Of a DNA stretch of 63,930 nucleotides, positions 1-9,436 are shown piece by piece. The position numbers were made by a program, and so were the translations under genes. This DNA is from a virus (Duplodnaviria; Caudoviricetes). Under the pieces are notes generated by a model. It was given only the letters and a program-made list of their open reading frames with translations. It was not told the DNA's origin and did no database searches. Location of the stretch: positions 1-63,930 of IMG/VR virus record IMGVR_UViG_3300037714_000576; one strand, written 5' to 3'. How positions within the stretch are numbered: the stretch's first letter is position 1; each line of letters opens with the position of its first letter.

Positions 1-378
1 ATGGGACTCCCCGACCGTGCTCAAGCGCTAGAACCGGCTTCAGGCGCGCGGAAAGGCCCTTCTATTTGTCGTGCGGTGGCAGTGCGTCCCAAGAGAGGGT
101 CGCAATGGGACCTTCGAGCCGGTCGGGTTGTCCTTCACTTGGAGCCCCTTGCCGGCGGCGAGCTCGCGCAAGACTTGCCAATTTGGCGCCGGGGAGTGCT
201 TTCCCAGCGCTTTTCGGCTTCGCGCAGTAGCAAAGCGCGACATCGTAGTCTTGCGGCCCAGTGATCAGGCCACCGCAGATGTCGCAGTGGACGATCTCCT
301 CAAAACGTGCACGCACAAGGCCCTCGTTTACCACAAAACCCGTTGACTCACAGTAAGTAAGGGTAGACATTGCGCCTT

Positions 379-816
379 ATGTCTGAGGGTCTGTTTACCG
401 GCTTTCTGATCACAATCGGACTGGTGTCGGTAGTTATTGTGGTTGTTGGCATTCTGATGTTGCGGCGGATGCTTCACGATGCCGTACGACCACCAATGCA
501 GCCGATGAATACGGATCCAGAGTCCCAACGACAAGAACATTTGCTTGCGAAAGCCCGAAAGGCCTGCGGTACGAAAGCGTGCTGCAAGTGCAAGAATTGG
601 GATTTGGATTCTGGACGTGCGGCGATCATGCAGAATCCGGCATTTGCAATGGCTGCTCGACAACTCTCGCCGAATCGAATGGGTCGAAAAGCGGATGATC
701 CCAAGGTCAATGCGCTTCCAATCGCAGTAGACACTTGGGAATTGTTCGGTGTGTGCGGACTCGAAAACATTGGTCGGCATGCGATTGATGTGTGTGATTC
801 GTTCGAGAAGGTTTAA
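379..816 (+). CDS. N-terminal TM protein with Cys motifs; paralog of 819..1298
   Basis: Hydrophobic N-terminal helix; CxxCxxW...GVCG...C pattern shared with next ORF. Confidence 0.7.
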   Translation: MSEGLFTGFLITIGLVSVVIVVVGILMLRRMLHDAVRPPMQPMNTDPESQRQEHLLAKARKACGTKACCKCKNWDLDSGRAAIMQNPAFAMAARQLSPNRMGRKADDPKVNALPIAVDTWELFGVCGLENIGRHAIDVCDSFEKV

Positions 817-818
817 CC

Positions 819-1298
819 ATGAGCGAAGTGGCGCGTAACAATCCCGCTTGGCGCAAATTCGCAACCGAAGTTGCACGCGACACGGAAGAACGCGTGGAGC
901 ACTCGGGCGACCTAGACGAAAAAATGGCCGATCCGTTGCAGGCCACGCGTGCAGGCGTGCCTGTAGAGTTCGTAGACGATCGCGGCAATCCGACAACGCG
1001 TGTCCGCGGGCCTCGTGCGGATGTTGTCCGTGGAATCACGCAAAAGGACGTCGAAAACTACGCCAATGCGCCAACCCGCGTGTGTGGCGAGTGTCGGCAC
1101 TTTCAATTGCGTGAAGGTCGACGCGAGATAGTCAAACAGAAATTCCTACAGCGTTTGGTACTTGAAGAGTCCTGGAAGATGGCCCACCTCGGTGCGCCTG
1201 CAGATCACCTAGGCGTGTGCGGACAAAAGCCTTCCATGGTCACAAGCACTATCGCCGACGCCGGCACGTGCCCCGGATTCTCTAGACGGCGGGGTTGA
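819..1298 (+). CDS. Cys-motif hypothetical protein
   Basis: CGECRHF...LGVCG...C; tightly packed with neighbours. Confidence 0.7.
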   Translation: MSEVARNNPAWRKFATEVARDTEERVEHSGDLDEKMADPLQATRAGVPVEFVDDRGNPTTRVRGPRADVVRGITQKDVENYANAPTRVCGECRHFQLREGRREIVKQKFLQRLVLEESWKMAHLGAPADHLGVCGQKPSMVTSTIADAGTCPGFSRRRG

Positions 1299-1640
1299 AT
1301 GGAGCTCGTATTTCATTGGGTACGGTACGTGCTGATCTTGTGGGGGCTCGTGTACATCGTGACGCAGAGCGCGATCATGCTGCCCTTTCGTATTGGATTA
1401 CTGCGTATGTCGACATTCTTCGGTGCACTCGTGTTTTGTCCCGCGTGTTCCGGATTCTGGCTCGGGTTGATTCTAGGTGCACCTGGGATCTATGGTCCGC
1501 CGCTTTCGCAGTATTCGTATGCGTGGGCAGAGAGCGCGGTGATTTCGACTGTACTCGGTTACTTTTGGACTGTCTATTTTGGCGATCCGCACGGACTTGA
1601 ACGTGCAATACATGCGGTGAAAGAACATGACGCCGCCTAA
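1299..1640 (+). CDS. Small membrane protein, DUF1360-like
   Basis: Three hydrophobic segments, LVFCPACSGFW motif. Confidence 0.65.
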   Translation: MELVFHWVRYVLILWGLVYIVTQSAIMLPFRIGLLRMSTFFGALVFCPACSGFWLGLILGAPGIYGPPLSQYSYAWAESAVISTVLGYFWTVYFGDPHGLERAIHAVKEHDAA

Positions 1641-3792
1641 CTACGATCCTGACAGAGTTGATTGGATGGCGACGTTCAAGCGGAATGAAATGCCGCCCGG
1701 TCCAATCAGAGACGTTCCGCCTATTCTTGTCATGGTCGACGGATCAATCGTGGACACCACCAAAGACAAAGACGCTGCAGAGCCAAACGCAGAGCTCAAT
1801 GCACATTTGAAGCGCCGCCTGGGTCGTCCGCCGGGTTCGGGGCCGAATCAACGTGCTGCGGCTGCAGTGGCTTCTACAACGGTAGGACCAAAAGTTGCGC
1901 AGCCGTCGTTGTCCGACGCATTGCCCGCGGGTGATGTTGATGATGCAGAAAAGCCGGAAGCTCAGGAATCTGTTATGTCAAAGCCGCGTACACAAACCCT
2001 CCCCGGCGTGACCGGTACTGCCGCAATTATTGTGCGTGAATTGCCGCTTGAGGCGATTCACGAGGCAATTGAGCGGAACCACTTTGAGAACGGTGTAGAG
2101 ATTCGGGTCCACTACAAGAACAATCGTGGAACGCCAATTTTTCTCGGTAGAACACAGGTTTCGCTAGAAGCACTCCTAACCGATCTGGAAGAGTGGCTGC
2201 GCGTGACTTACGGTGGTGGTTGTTTCCGGGTTGACACACGCGATCCTGCCACGGGAAAACGTGCATTGCCGATTCCCGTGTTTGAAGTGAATGTGCATGC
2301 ACCCCCACGGCTGATGTCGAACGGAACGGTGTTGGCACCTGGCCAAACGCCTAACCCAGGAATGCAAGGATCGTCAGCTATGAGCTCTGGTTTTCAAGCG
2401 CCGTGGCTACAAGGACAGACTCCCGCGCCAGGCGGTTTCGGGCCACCACTTGTGCCCGGGTCAATTCAGACGCCGCAAACACCTTGGTTGCCACCAGCAC
2501 CTGGGTACGGGGGTAATCCCAACGTGCATCACGTACCTGTGATGTCGATGCCTCCAGACGCAATTGCAATGACAGAGCTCCAGAAGGCGCAAACTGCGTT
2601 GGAACGTGAACGCATAGCCCGCGCAAAGGAACATGCTGAGTTTACACGCCAGATCAATGCGGTAACTGAGCGTCTGAATGAGCAAAGCTTGAAAGAGCAG
2701 GATCGCGCGCGACAACTCGATGCACAGCAAATGCGCGAGCAAATGCGTCGAATGGAAGAAGACTTCCGCGGCAGACTCGAGCAAGATCGCAATCGCCGAC
2801 CTACTTTTGACTTGGCGGCATTCGCGTCGGTCGTTGCCGCGGTCGTACCTGTTCTGACTGCAATGGTCAGTTCACGCAGCGATCAAGCGCAGCGGTCGCT
2901 CGAAATGCAGGCTGCAGGCGTCAACAATCTGATGAAGGCGACCTTGGATCGTACTGATTCGAAATGGGTCGAGAAAATGCTGGCACTGCTGCCAACGATG
3001 CTTCCGCTCGTCACTCCGATTTTCAAAGCGTGGGCGGAGCAGCGGAGTCCAACAGCACAAGCGGATCTTGTCGCGACACTTTCAGAGAATCATTTGACGT
3101 CTCTAAGTATGATGGCGAAGTTTCTCAATGAAATGACGCCATCCGGGCCTGATACACCTGCTTGGGTTGGCGTCTTTCAGCAAATGGTCGGAACCATTGT
3201 CGGGTCGATCGATTCCATGGTGAAGTCGAACAAGAGTTCTGTAGGCCTCCCCGTGCAGTCGCGACATTTGCCCGTGCCGGGTGTTGTAGCCCCGGCCCAA
3301 GCGTATACCCCCGCGCAAATCGCGGCGGGAATGCATGTTCAAGCAACACAACCTCCCATTGTGACGCCAGTGTCACGGGGTGTGCAGATTGCACAACTAG
3401 TCGCGAATTCTACCGAGGTTCCTGAGGATCTCAAAACACCAGCCTTCCTTAAGCTGATTGAAGATCTACATAACGAAGTGTCAGTAGACGAGGTCGCACT
3501 CTACTTTGCGAACCTCATGCGCGAGTTGGAAGACAATGTTCCGCAGTTGCTACAGGGTATCTGGAAGACAGACGATCCGGAGAATCTTCTGCAAGGTGTG
3601 TTCTCCAATTTGCCGATCTGGCAGTGGAACATGGGATACACGCTGAATTTCATCAGGAAGGCAGTAGATATTCTGACAACACCAGAATCGGGCGCGCCTG
3701 CGTCGGCAGTAGTGGCAGTGCCAGCAGTATCAGCTCCGGTTCCAACACAAGCGGGCCTCCAGTTCTTCACGCCCGTTGCAGCTCCTGCTTGA
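1627..3792 (+). CDS. Large Pro/Gln-rich coiled-coil protein with amphipathic segments
   Basis: 721 aa ORF; Pro-rich linkers, central E/Q/R coiled coil, hydrophobic helices. Confidence 0.8.
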   Translation: MTPPNYDPDRVDWMATFKRNEMPPGPIRDVPPILVMVDGSIVDTTKDKDAAEPNAELNAHLKRRLGRPPGSGPNQRAAAAVASTTVGPKVAQPSLSDALPAGDVDDAEKPEAQESVMSKPRTQTLPGVTGTAAIIVRELPLEAIHEAIERNHFENGVEIRVHYKNNRGTPIFLGRTQVSLEALLTDLEEWLRVTYGGGCFRVDTRDPATGKRALPIPVFEVNVHAPPRLMSNGTVLAPGQTPNPGMQGSSAMSSGFQAPWLQGQTPAPGGFGPPLVPGSIQTPQTPWLPPAPGYGGNPNVHHVPVMSMPPDAIAMTELQKAQTALERERIARAKEHAEFTRQINAVTERLNEQSLKEQDRARQLDAQQMREQMRRMEEDFRGRLEQDRNRRPTFDLAAFASVVAAVVPVLTAMVSSRSDQAQRSLEMQAAGVNNLMKATLDRTDSKWVEKMLALLPTMLPLVTPIFKAWAEQRSPTAQADLVATLSENHLTSLSMMAKFLNEMTPSGPDTPAWVGVFQQMVGTIVGSIDSMVKSNKSSVGLPVQSRHLPVPGVVAPAQAYTPAQIAAGMHVQATQPPIVTPVSRGVQIAQLVANSTEVPEDLKTPAFLKLIEDLHNEVSVDEVALYFANLMRELEDNVPQLLQGIWKTDDPENLLQGVFSNLPIWQWNMGYTLNFIRKAVDILTTPESGAPASAVVAVPAVSAPVPTQAGLQFFTPVAAPA

Positions 3793-3874
3793 TCGAGTGC
3801 ATGTTGATGTAGTAGGTAGTCAGGTGTTGGGGACGTGAGCTTGCTCCGCCCCGATAAGCTGAAACCACACATCA

Positions 3875-5539
3875 ATGATCTATCGCTCGCTCACATTGAG
3901 CACGGATTGGTTCCGTGTGACGTGGGATGTCGATCGGAGTGCTCCACCTAGTGAATGGGGCGCACTGTTGGCTATTCCCGGCATACGTTACTATCCGCGC
4001 GCACTCGAGATTCCCCGAACGGCATGGGACATGTCGCAGGTTGTAGATCTGTGTGCAGAGCTTGAGGTGACACCGCCGAAGCATTCAGACCGCTACGCAA
4101 CGATTGGTCTGTGGCAACCCTGGCAGAAGCCGCTTGCGCACCAACCTGTTGTCACGCAGCGCTTGTTAGAGACACATCGTGTGTTGCTTGCGGACGCAAT
4201 GGGTCTTGGTAAGACCCGAGCGGCAATTCAAGCCGCCGAAACGGTGCGCAGGCACATTCACCATGGCAAAAAGCCTGTGTTGATTGTCGGGCCCCTGCGT
4301 GTTCGCAGCACGTGGTTTCGTGAGCTCTTGGCAACGGGTGCGATTGAAAGCGCGAGTGAATTTTGTGCTCTGCGCACGCAAGATCAGCGGGATGCTTGTT
4401 GGAGTGACGACGCGCTTTACTATTTCATGCACTACGACATCGTGCATGTTTGGTGGCCGAAGTTCACGGCATTGCGGCCCTGTGTGACGATCTTAGACGA
4501 GGCGCACTACATCAAGAACGGACAGTCAAGGCGCGCGCGAAATGCCGCAATGGTCGCGCACATGGCCCCGTTTCGAATGCTGCTCACCGGTACTCCAATC
4601 GACAACGAGCCCAAAGATCTATACTCGTTGCTCGACTTTCTGAATGGACCGCAGACGTGGGGCTCACGAAGTCAGTTCCGCGTTCGTTACTGCGGCGCAT
4701 TCCGTGACACACACGGGTTCACTGATACCGGGCCGACGAACATGTCGGAGCTGCGAAGCCGGATGTCAGCCTATTACATTCGTCGAGAGCTTTCTGACAC
4801 AGCTGTAGAACTCCCACCGTTTACGCGTGAACTCACAGAGGTAGAAATTCCCGCAAGTCGCACGGTGAGCTACCAGCAACACACACGTCTGCTTTCGTCG
4901 CATGACATCCGGCGGCTTATTGACGCGATGCTGAGTGGTTCAGTGATGGGTTCGGATGTTGCACAAACCATGACAGCGCTCCGGCAGGTCACGAGCGAAG
5001 CAAAGATCTCCGCCACACTCGAGCTCGCGAGCGGGATTCTCGACGCGGATGGGGCCGTAGTCGTGTTCACATGGCAACGTTCGACCGCGAAGCAGCTGCA
5101 ACGCATGCTGCAGAGCTCGCGTGAGGCCATTTGCGGCGAGTTGGCGATCGACCGGCGTGAAGCCCTAATCGATAGCTTCCAGGCCCATGGCGGGGCGCTG
5201 GTGGCGACTTATGGCGCGCTTCAAGACGCTGTCACGTTGCATCGTGCACGTGCGGTGATCTTGCACGACCTTGATTATCTACCGAAAACGATGTTGCAGG
5301 CTGAGAAACGCGTGCATCGAATTGGCCAGGAATACGGCACGAAAAGCTATTGGATGGTGGCGAATCAGCTGTTTGATCGTGTGTTGCTTGCGGCATTACG
5401 TCGAAAAACGGCCGATACGGAGCTGATTCTATCGCTCCGCGAGCAAATACCGGAGCTTGGATCTACGGAGAGCCCCGAAGACATCTTTGCTTCTGGCATG
5501 GAACAGTCCATTACGGAGTGGCGCCAATGGAACATCTGA
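3875..5539 (+). CDS. SNF2-family helicase
   Basis: LLADAMGLGKT, DEAH, LTGTP, QAEKRVHRIGQ motifs. Confidence 0.93.
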   Translation: MIYRSLTLSTDWFRVTWDVDRSAPPSEWGALLAIPGIRYYPRALEIPRTAWDMSQVVDLCAELEVTPPKHSDRYATIGLWQPWQKPLAHQPVVTQRLLETHRVLLADAMGLGKTRAAIQAAETVRRHIHHGKKPVLIVGPLRVRSTWFRELLATGAIESASEFCALRTQDQRDACWSDDALYYFMHYDIVHVWWPKFTALRPCVTILDEAHYIKNGQSRRARNAAMVAHMAPFRMLLTGTPIDNEPKDLYSLLDFLNGPQTWGSRSQFRVRYCGAFRDTHGFTDTGPTNMSELRSRMSAYYIRRELSDTAVELPPFTRELTEVEIPASRTVSYQQHTRLLSSHDIRRLIDAMLSGSVMGSDVAQTMTALRQVTSEAKISATLELASGILDADGAVVVFTWQRSTAKQLQRMLQSSREAICGELAIDRREALIDSFQAHGGALVATYGALQDAVTLHRARAVILHDLDYLPKTMLQAEKRVHRIGQEYGTKSYWMVANQLFDRVLLAALRRKTADTELILSLREQIPELGSTESPEDIFASGMEQSITEWRQWNI

Positions 5540-5751
5540 TCACAGACAAAGAATTTGAAGAGACGTTACTGTACTACAAGAAGAAATACGCCGCATTGAT
5601 GCGTCAACCGGATACGAGTCCGGCCGAAGCTTGCGTTATTTTGCTCGCTTCGGTGATCGACACTGCGTTACGCGTAGTGTTCACCGAAGAAAACGCACAG
5701 ATTGCGGATCTTGAAGAGCGCATGGCAGTGCTTGAAGGTCCGGAAGATTGA
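5527..5751 (+). CDS. Hypothetical protein
   Basis: Fills gap in operon. Confidence 0.55.
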   Translation: MEHLITDKEFEETLLYYKKKYAALMRQPDTSPAEACVILLASVIDTALRVVFTEENAQIADLEERMAVLEGPED

Positions 5752-5754
5752 AAA

Positions 5755-6822
5755 ATGCCGAAGCTTTCATTCACAGTGCCGTTAGGAGGTCGGTTAGGCG
5801 TTCCAAAGGAACGGCCGTCTGTCTATCAAGTGCTGCAAATGCCGGATACTGGCGCTTCGCCGCGTGGCTCAACCTATCGCAAGTCACTTCTGCAGTGTCC
5901 ACACGAGCATGGTTTGTTGTATGAAATTGGACTTCGACCCGAGCAACCGTCCGAAGCATTGACAGTAGGTCTGGTCTTTCACTATGCATTGCAGCGGTAC
6001 TACGCGGAGATCCTTCGGTATCAACGGGAATTTGTGCGAAAATGGGTGGAGAAACACCCGGAAGATCCATGGGGATATCGCGGTCAAGACGCCTTTTTCT
6101 TTGGGAATCACTCGGATGCGGCCGCGGTTGCGTGGAATTCCATCCGTGATTTGGAGTCTGCGCCCGGCTATTTGGATACCTGGGAGGTTGTTTCTCGGGT
6201 AGTTGACCGATATTTGGACTTCTACAACCTTCGGGACCGCTGGGAAATCGTCGCTGTGGAAGTGACTGTGGAATATTACGGACGCATGTCCGGCAGTTTC
6301 GACTATACAGCCCGGCTCGATTTGGTTGTCGTTGACTGGTCTGACGGGTGTCTCTACAACGTAGAACACAAGACAGCCCGTTGGGTGTCGCAAGACTTGG
6401 TGGACTTCTACGATCTTGACCTCCAGATCCTCGGACAAGTCTGGCTCGCGACCAATTGTGTTGATTGGGCGAAAATGGGCCTCCCAATGTTTGGCGGCTG
6501 CAAGATTAACATTGCATCCAAGCAGAAGACTCCTGTATTGATCCGTCACGATGTGCTTCCGGGTGTTCAGGCACTACAAGCCTTTGAACGCATGGTTGGA
6601 CAGGCGGAGACACTCAGGGGGGTTCACGAAATGCTCGGTTGGCCGAAATCACTCGGCCACTGCGCAGGGTACGCACGCGGCTATTCAAAGTGTCAGTTCT
6701 ATGAGTTGTGTCGTGGGTACCCGCTCGAGACTGTCAAATCACTCAAGCTCTGGCGTGATCCGCCAAGTGGCTTTGTTTTCAAGAATCCAGACGCACCAAC
6801 AGTTGAGGATCACAATGTCTGA
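5755..6822 (+). CDS. PD-(D/E)XK exonuclease (Cas4/AddB-like)
   Basis: N-terminal QCP, GLVFH, E...RLDLV...EHKT, Q, C-terminal C...C..Y..LC cluster. Confidence 0.85.
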   Translation: MPKLSFTVPLGGRLGVPKERPSVYQVLQMPDTGASPRGSTYRKSLLQCPHEHGLLYEIGLRPEQPSEALTVGLVFHYALQRYYAEILRYQREFVRKWVEKHPEDPWGYRGQDAFFFGNHSDAAAVAWNSIRDLESAPGYLDTWEVVSRVVDRYLDFYNLRDRWEIVAVEVTVEYYGRMSGSFDYTARLDLVVVDWSDGCLYNVEHKTARWVSQDLVDFYDLDLQILGQVWLATNCVDWAKMGLPMFGGCKINIASKQKTPVLIRHDVLPGVQALQAFERMVGQAETLRGVHEMLGWPKSLGHCAGYARGYSKCQFYELCRGYPLETVKSLKLWRDPPSGFVFKNPDAPTVEDHNV

Positions 6823-7282
6823 CCCAACACCGGAAGAAGAGCTTGCAGTAAAACTTGCAGCTGCGTACGAATCACGGAAAGGTGATGGGCACTCGATGCC
6901 TGCAGCAATGCTGAAAGCATGGCGGGATGTGTGCGGTCCGGCTGAAGGTAAAGTTTTTGGACGGTTGAACCCCGCTGCTTTTGGGACGTCGCCGATTCCA
7001 CCACCGTCACAGTTCATGGAACCGGTAGTTGAACACTCGGTTGAGCCGGCAGTTGTGCGAACTGAATCGGAGCGGGTCTACGACGCATTGGAGGGTTTTG
7101 ACAGCCTTGCGGCGTTGAAAGGCGCACTGTGGTACTTCGCTGCAGGTACAGGTACAAGCCGCGGAGATGCAGACCGCCGCTCGTTAAGCGGCGTGTGTAT
7201 TGAAAGCATTGTGTTTCAAATCATTGGTGAAGCACCTGTGGATGTGGAGCGTCTTATTGTGGAAGTTACGTTGGAGGTCTGA
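6815..7282 (+). CDS. Hypothetical protein
   Basis: ATG after GAGG, overlaps upstream stop. Confidence 0.6.
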   Translation: MSDPTPEEELAVKLAAAYESRKGDGHSMPAAMLKAWRDVCGPAEGKVFGRLNPAAFGTSPIPPPSQFMEPVVEHSVEPAVVRTESERVYDALEGFDSLAALKGALWYFAAGTGTSRGDADRRSLSGVCIESIVFQIIGEAPVDVERLIVEVTLEV

Positions 7283-7284
7283 CC

Positions 7285-8085
7285 GTGTTCAAGACGCTCA
7301 ACGCAAAAGACCTTCAAGAGCCATGGACACGTTGGTTCCTGTACGGCGACACCGGTACAGGAAAGACGACGGCGGCTGCAACCTTTCCAAGGCCGCTCTT
7401 TCTTGTGCCCGTCAACGAGAAGTCCGTGACGGTGCTTGCGGGGTACAACGTCCCGTTTCTGCTGATCAAGGATTGGTCGTCTCCATTCGACGAGACAAAT
7501 GGTGTTGGCGGGATGAATCCGGTTTTGCAACGCATCGAAACCGAGTATAGACGTGATCCGAATGCGTTTCCGTACGATACCATTGTCGCGGAGGGGCTCA
7601 CGCACCTTGCGGAGCTCATCAAGGATGAGCTGACGCAGGGGTCGAAAGTGAGCATGGATGTACAGAAGTACGACAAGATAACAAGCTACTTCCGGAACAT
7701 TCATGCGCGGCTTTCGAATCTCGAGACACATCTAGTGTTTTGCGCGCTGGCTCAGCTGGATGAGAAAACGGAGCGGGGTGATGCGTATCTTTCGAAGAAG
7801 GTGCGCGAAGTGATTCCGAGCTCGTGTGATGTCTATGCGTACTTGACGGCCACGGACCGGGGTACGGACAAGAACGGCAATCAGTTGCCCAAAGAGCACA
7901 AGATGTATACGCAGTCGCGGGGTCAGTGGAAAGCGCGCTCCCGCTGCAAGCGGCTACCCGCGCTGATTCAGAACTTCAACTTCAACGACATCAAGCACCT
8001 GTTGTCGAATGTAATTGATGGTGCGCCGGTGGTGGTCGACACGCCAACGCAAGTCGATGGCGAGCCAGTAGCGGTTGGTGTGTGA
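7285..8085 (+). CDS. Sak4-like AAA_24 ATPase (recombination)
   Basis: LYGDTGTGKTT Walker A, YDTIVAEGLT Walker B-like; next to exonuclease. Confidence 0.82.
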   Translation: MFKTLNAKDLQEPWTRWFLYGDTGTGKTTAAATFPRPLFLVPVNEKSVTVLAGYNVPFLLIKDWSSPFDETNGVGGMNPVLQRIETEYRRDPNAFPYDTIVAEGLTHLAELIKDELTQGSKVSMDVQKYDKITSYFRNIHARLSNLETHLVFCALAQLDEKTERGDAYLSKKVREVIPSSCDVYAYLTATDRGTDKNGNQLPKEHKMYTQSRGQWKARSRCKRLPALIQNFNFNDIKHLLSNVIDGAPVVVDTPTQVDGEPVAVGV

Positions 8086-8129
8086 GTTTTGCGAGCGGAT
8101 TGTCCGCTCGGTTGTAAGGGGAGAATGCA

Positions 8130-8720
8130 ATGTCACAACTAGAACTCAACAAGGGCGACAACTTCATTTTTGGTGTCGACGTGTCGGCATCGATGCAGAC
8201 CACGGATTGCCCCGGCAATACGTCTCGAATCGAATACCTCAAGGAAACGGTGATCGCGTTTGCGACCGAAGCTTCGAAATGGGACGAAGATGGGATCGAC
8301 GTCATTTCGTTCGGTGCAAACGTGCGCACGGTGAAAGGCGTCACGGCCGAGAAAGCCAAGGAGATCATTGGCGCCTTCAAGGCAATCGAGGGCATGACTG
8401 ACACCGCAGCGTGCATCCGCGAGGCTTACAAGCTGCACAAGGCCGGTGGTTACCCGCAGACCGTGCTGTTCCTGGCCACTGATGGGGCGCCATCCGACCG
8501 CGAGGCCGTGAAGGATGCAATCCGAACGATCGCGTCCGAGCTCAAGGACGAGCACGAGTTTGCGATTTCGATTCTCACGGTCGGTGACATCGGTCCCGAT
8601 TTGCAGTCATTTCTGATTGAACTCGATGACAATCTCAAGGCGAAGCACGATATCGTTGATGTGAAGCATCTTGAAGCCGTCGACTTCATGGCTGCCTTTG
8701 CGGGCGCCCTTCACGACTGA
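8130..8720 (+). CDS. vWA domain protein
   Basis: MIDAS DVSAS...T...TDG; SD GGAG upstream. Confidence 0.88.
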   Translation: MSQLELNKGDNFIFGVDVSASMQTTDCPGNTSRIEYLKETVIAFATEASKWDEDGIDVISFGANVRTVKGVTAEKAKEIIGAFKAIEGMTDTAACIREAYKLHKAGGYPQTVLFLATDGAPSDREAVKDAIRTIASELKDEHEFAISILTVGDIGPDLQSFLIELDDNLKAKHDIVDVKHLEAVDFMAAFAGALHD

Positions 8721-8744
8721 ACGAAAGCAGAACGGAGAGTCATC

Positions 8745-8966
8745 ATGGAAAAGATTGCAGTTCGTGCGCCACACCGAGCGGACTTCGCGTTATCGCTTCG
8801 CGATATGGTGACTCTCCGTTCTGCGCCACCATTGCTATTCGCTGCAGCAACGTTGTTCTTGCTCACAGGCAATGTGATCGTGTCAGCGCTTGCTGTCACT
8901 GTCACTTCATACGCCCATGCGCTCTGGGCGCGGTTGATCGAAGCGAAAGAATCCTCGGGCGTCTAG
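8745..8966 (+). CDS. Small membrane protein
   Basis: Two hydrophobic segments, GGAG SD. Confidence 0.55.
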   Translation: MEKIAVRAPHRADFALSLRDMVTLRSAPPLLFAAATLFLLTGNVIVSALAVTVTSYAHALWARLIEAKESSGV

Positions 8967-8998
8967 CGGTAGGATTGGTTCGAATACGGCTCGGGGAA
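8951..8998 (+). pseudogene. tRNA-derived remnant lacking anticodon arm
   Basis: CGTCTAGCGGTAGGA D-arm joined directly to GGTTCGAATACGGCTCGGGGAA; similar to tRNA at 9105. Confidence 0.6.
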
Positions 8999-9002
8999 CG
9001 AA

Positions 9003-9087
9003 GGGCTCATTGGTATCTTCAGCATGTTGATTTCCTGATCGTCATTGCGTGCTGAATGGCTAGGTCCGATTCCTAGCGGGTCCACCA
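9003..9087 (+). ncRNA. tRNA-like RNA resembling the tmRNA tRNA-like domain
   Basis: Acceptor GGGCTC/GGGTCC with G3.U70, ACCA end, T arm CTAGG-TCCGATT-CCTAG, no D stem, 9-bp helix 9018-9026/9048-9056. Confidence 0.55.
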
Positions 9088-9104
9088 AAGGTTGAGAGTA
9101 GCGA

Positions 9105-9175
9105 TTCCCGATCGTCTAGTGGAAGGACGCCCGCCTCTGACGCGGGCTACGTCGGTTCGAATCCGGCTCGGGAAC
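9105..9175 (+). tRNA. tRNA-Gln(CTG)
   Basis: Full cloverleaf: TTCCCGA/TCGGGAA, anticodon arm CCCGC-CTCTGAC-GCGGG, T loop TTCGAAT; CCA not encoded. Confidence 0.9.
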
Positions 9176-9187
9176 TAGGGGGGTGTG

Positions 9188-9433
9188 ATGAGAGCGCAAA
9201 TCAAAGGACCTGTGTCGACGCGAGTACCGATTGAGATCGCTGAAAGCGATCGGCAGTGGTTCTCAACTGAGCGCGCTGCAGCATATCTTGACATGTCGGT
9301 CAAGGCGCTTTTGAAGCACGTAGAGCGCGGAAATATTGCCCCTGAGGCGTTCGGTCAGCGAGGCCGCGCACGAAGCCACCGATTCTCACGAGGGACGCTT
9401 GACGCGTTCATGCGGCGCGGCAACGCTGCTTGA
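9188..9433 (+). CDS. xis: Excisionase-like HTH protein
   Basis: WFSTERAAAYLDMS...RFSRGTLDAF pattern, directly upstream of integrase. Confidence 0.8.
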   Translation: MRAQIKGPVSTRVPIEIAESDRQWFSTERAAAYLDMSVKALLKHVERGNIAPEAFGQRGRARSHRFSRGTLDAFMRRGNAA

Positions 9434-9436
9434 ATT

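Noticed and set aside
1-370. Gene at the left edge
   Set aside because: Several overlapping short ORFs on both strands; none could be supported over the others.
5755-6822. Cas4 of a CRISPR system
   Set aside because: Context is a phage recombination module (nuclease, Sak4-like ATPase, SSB).
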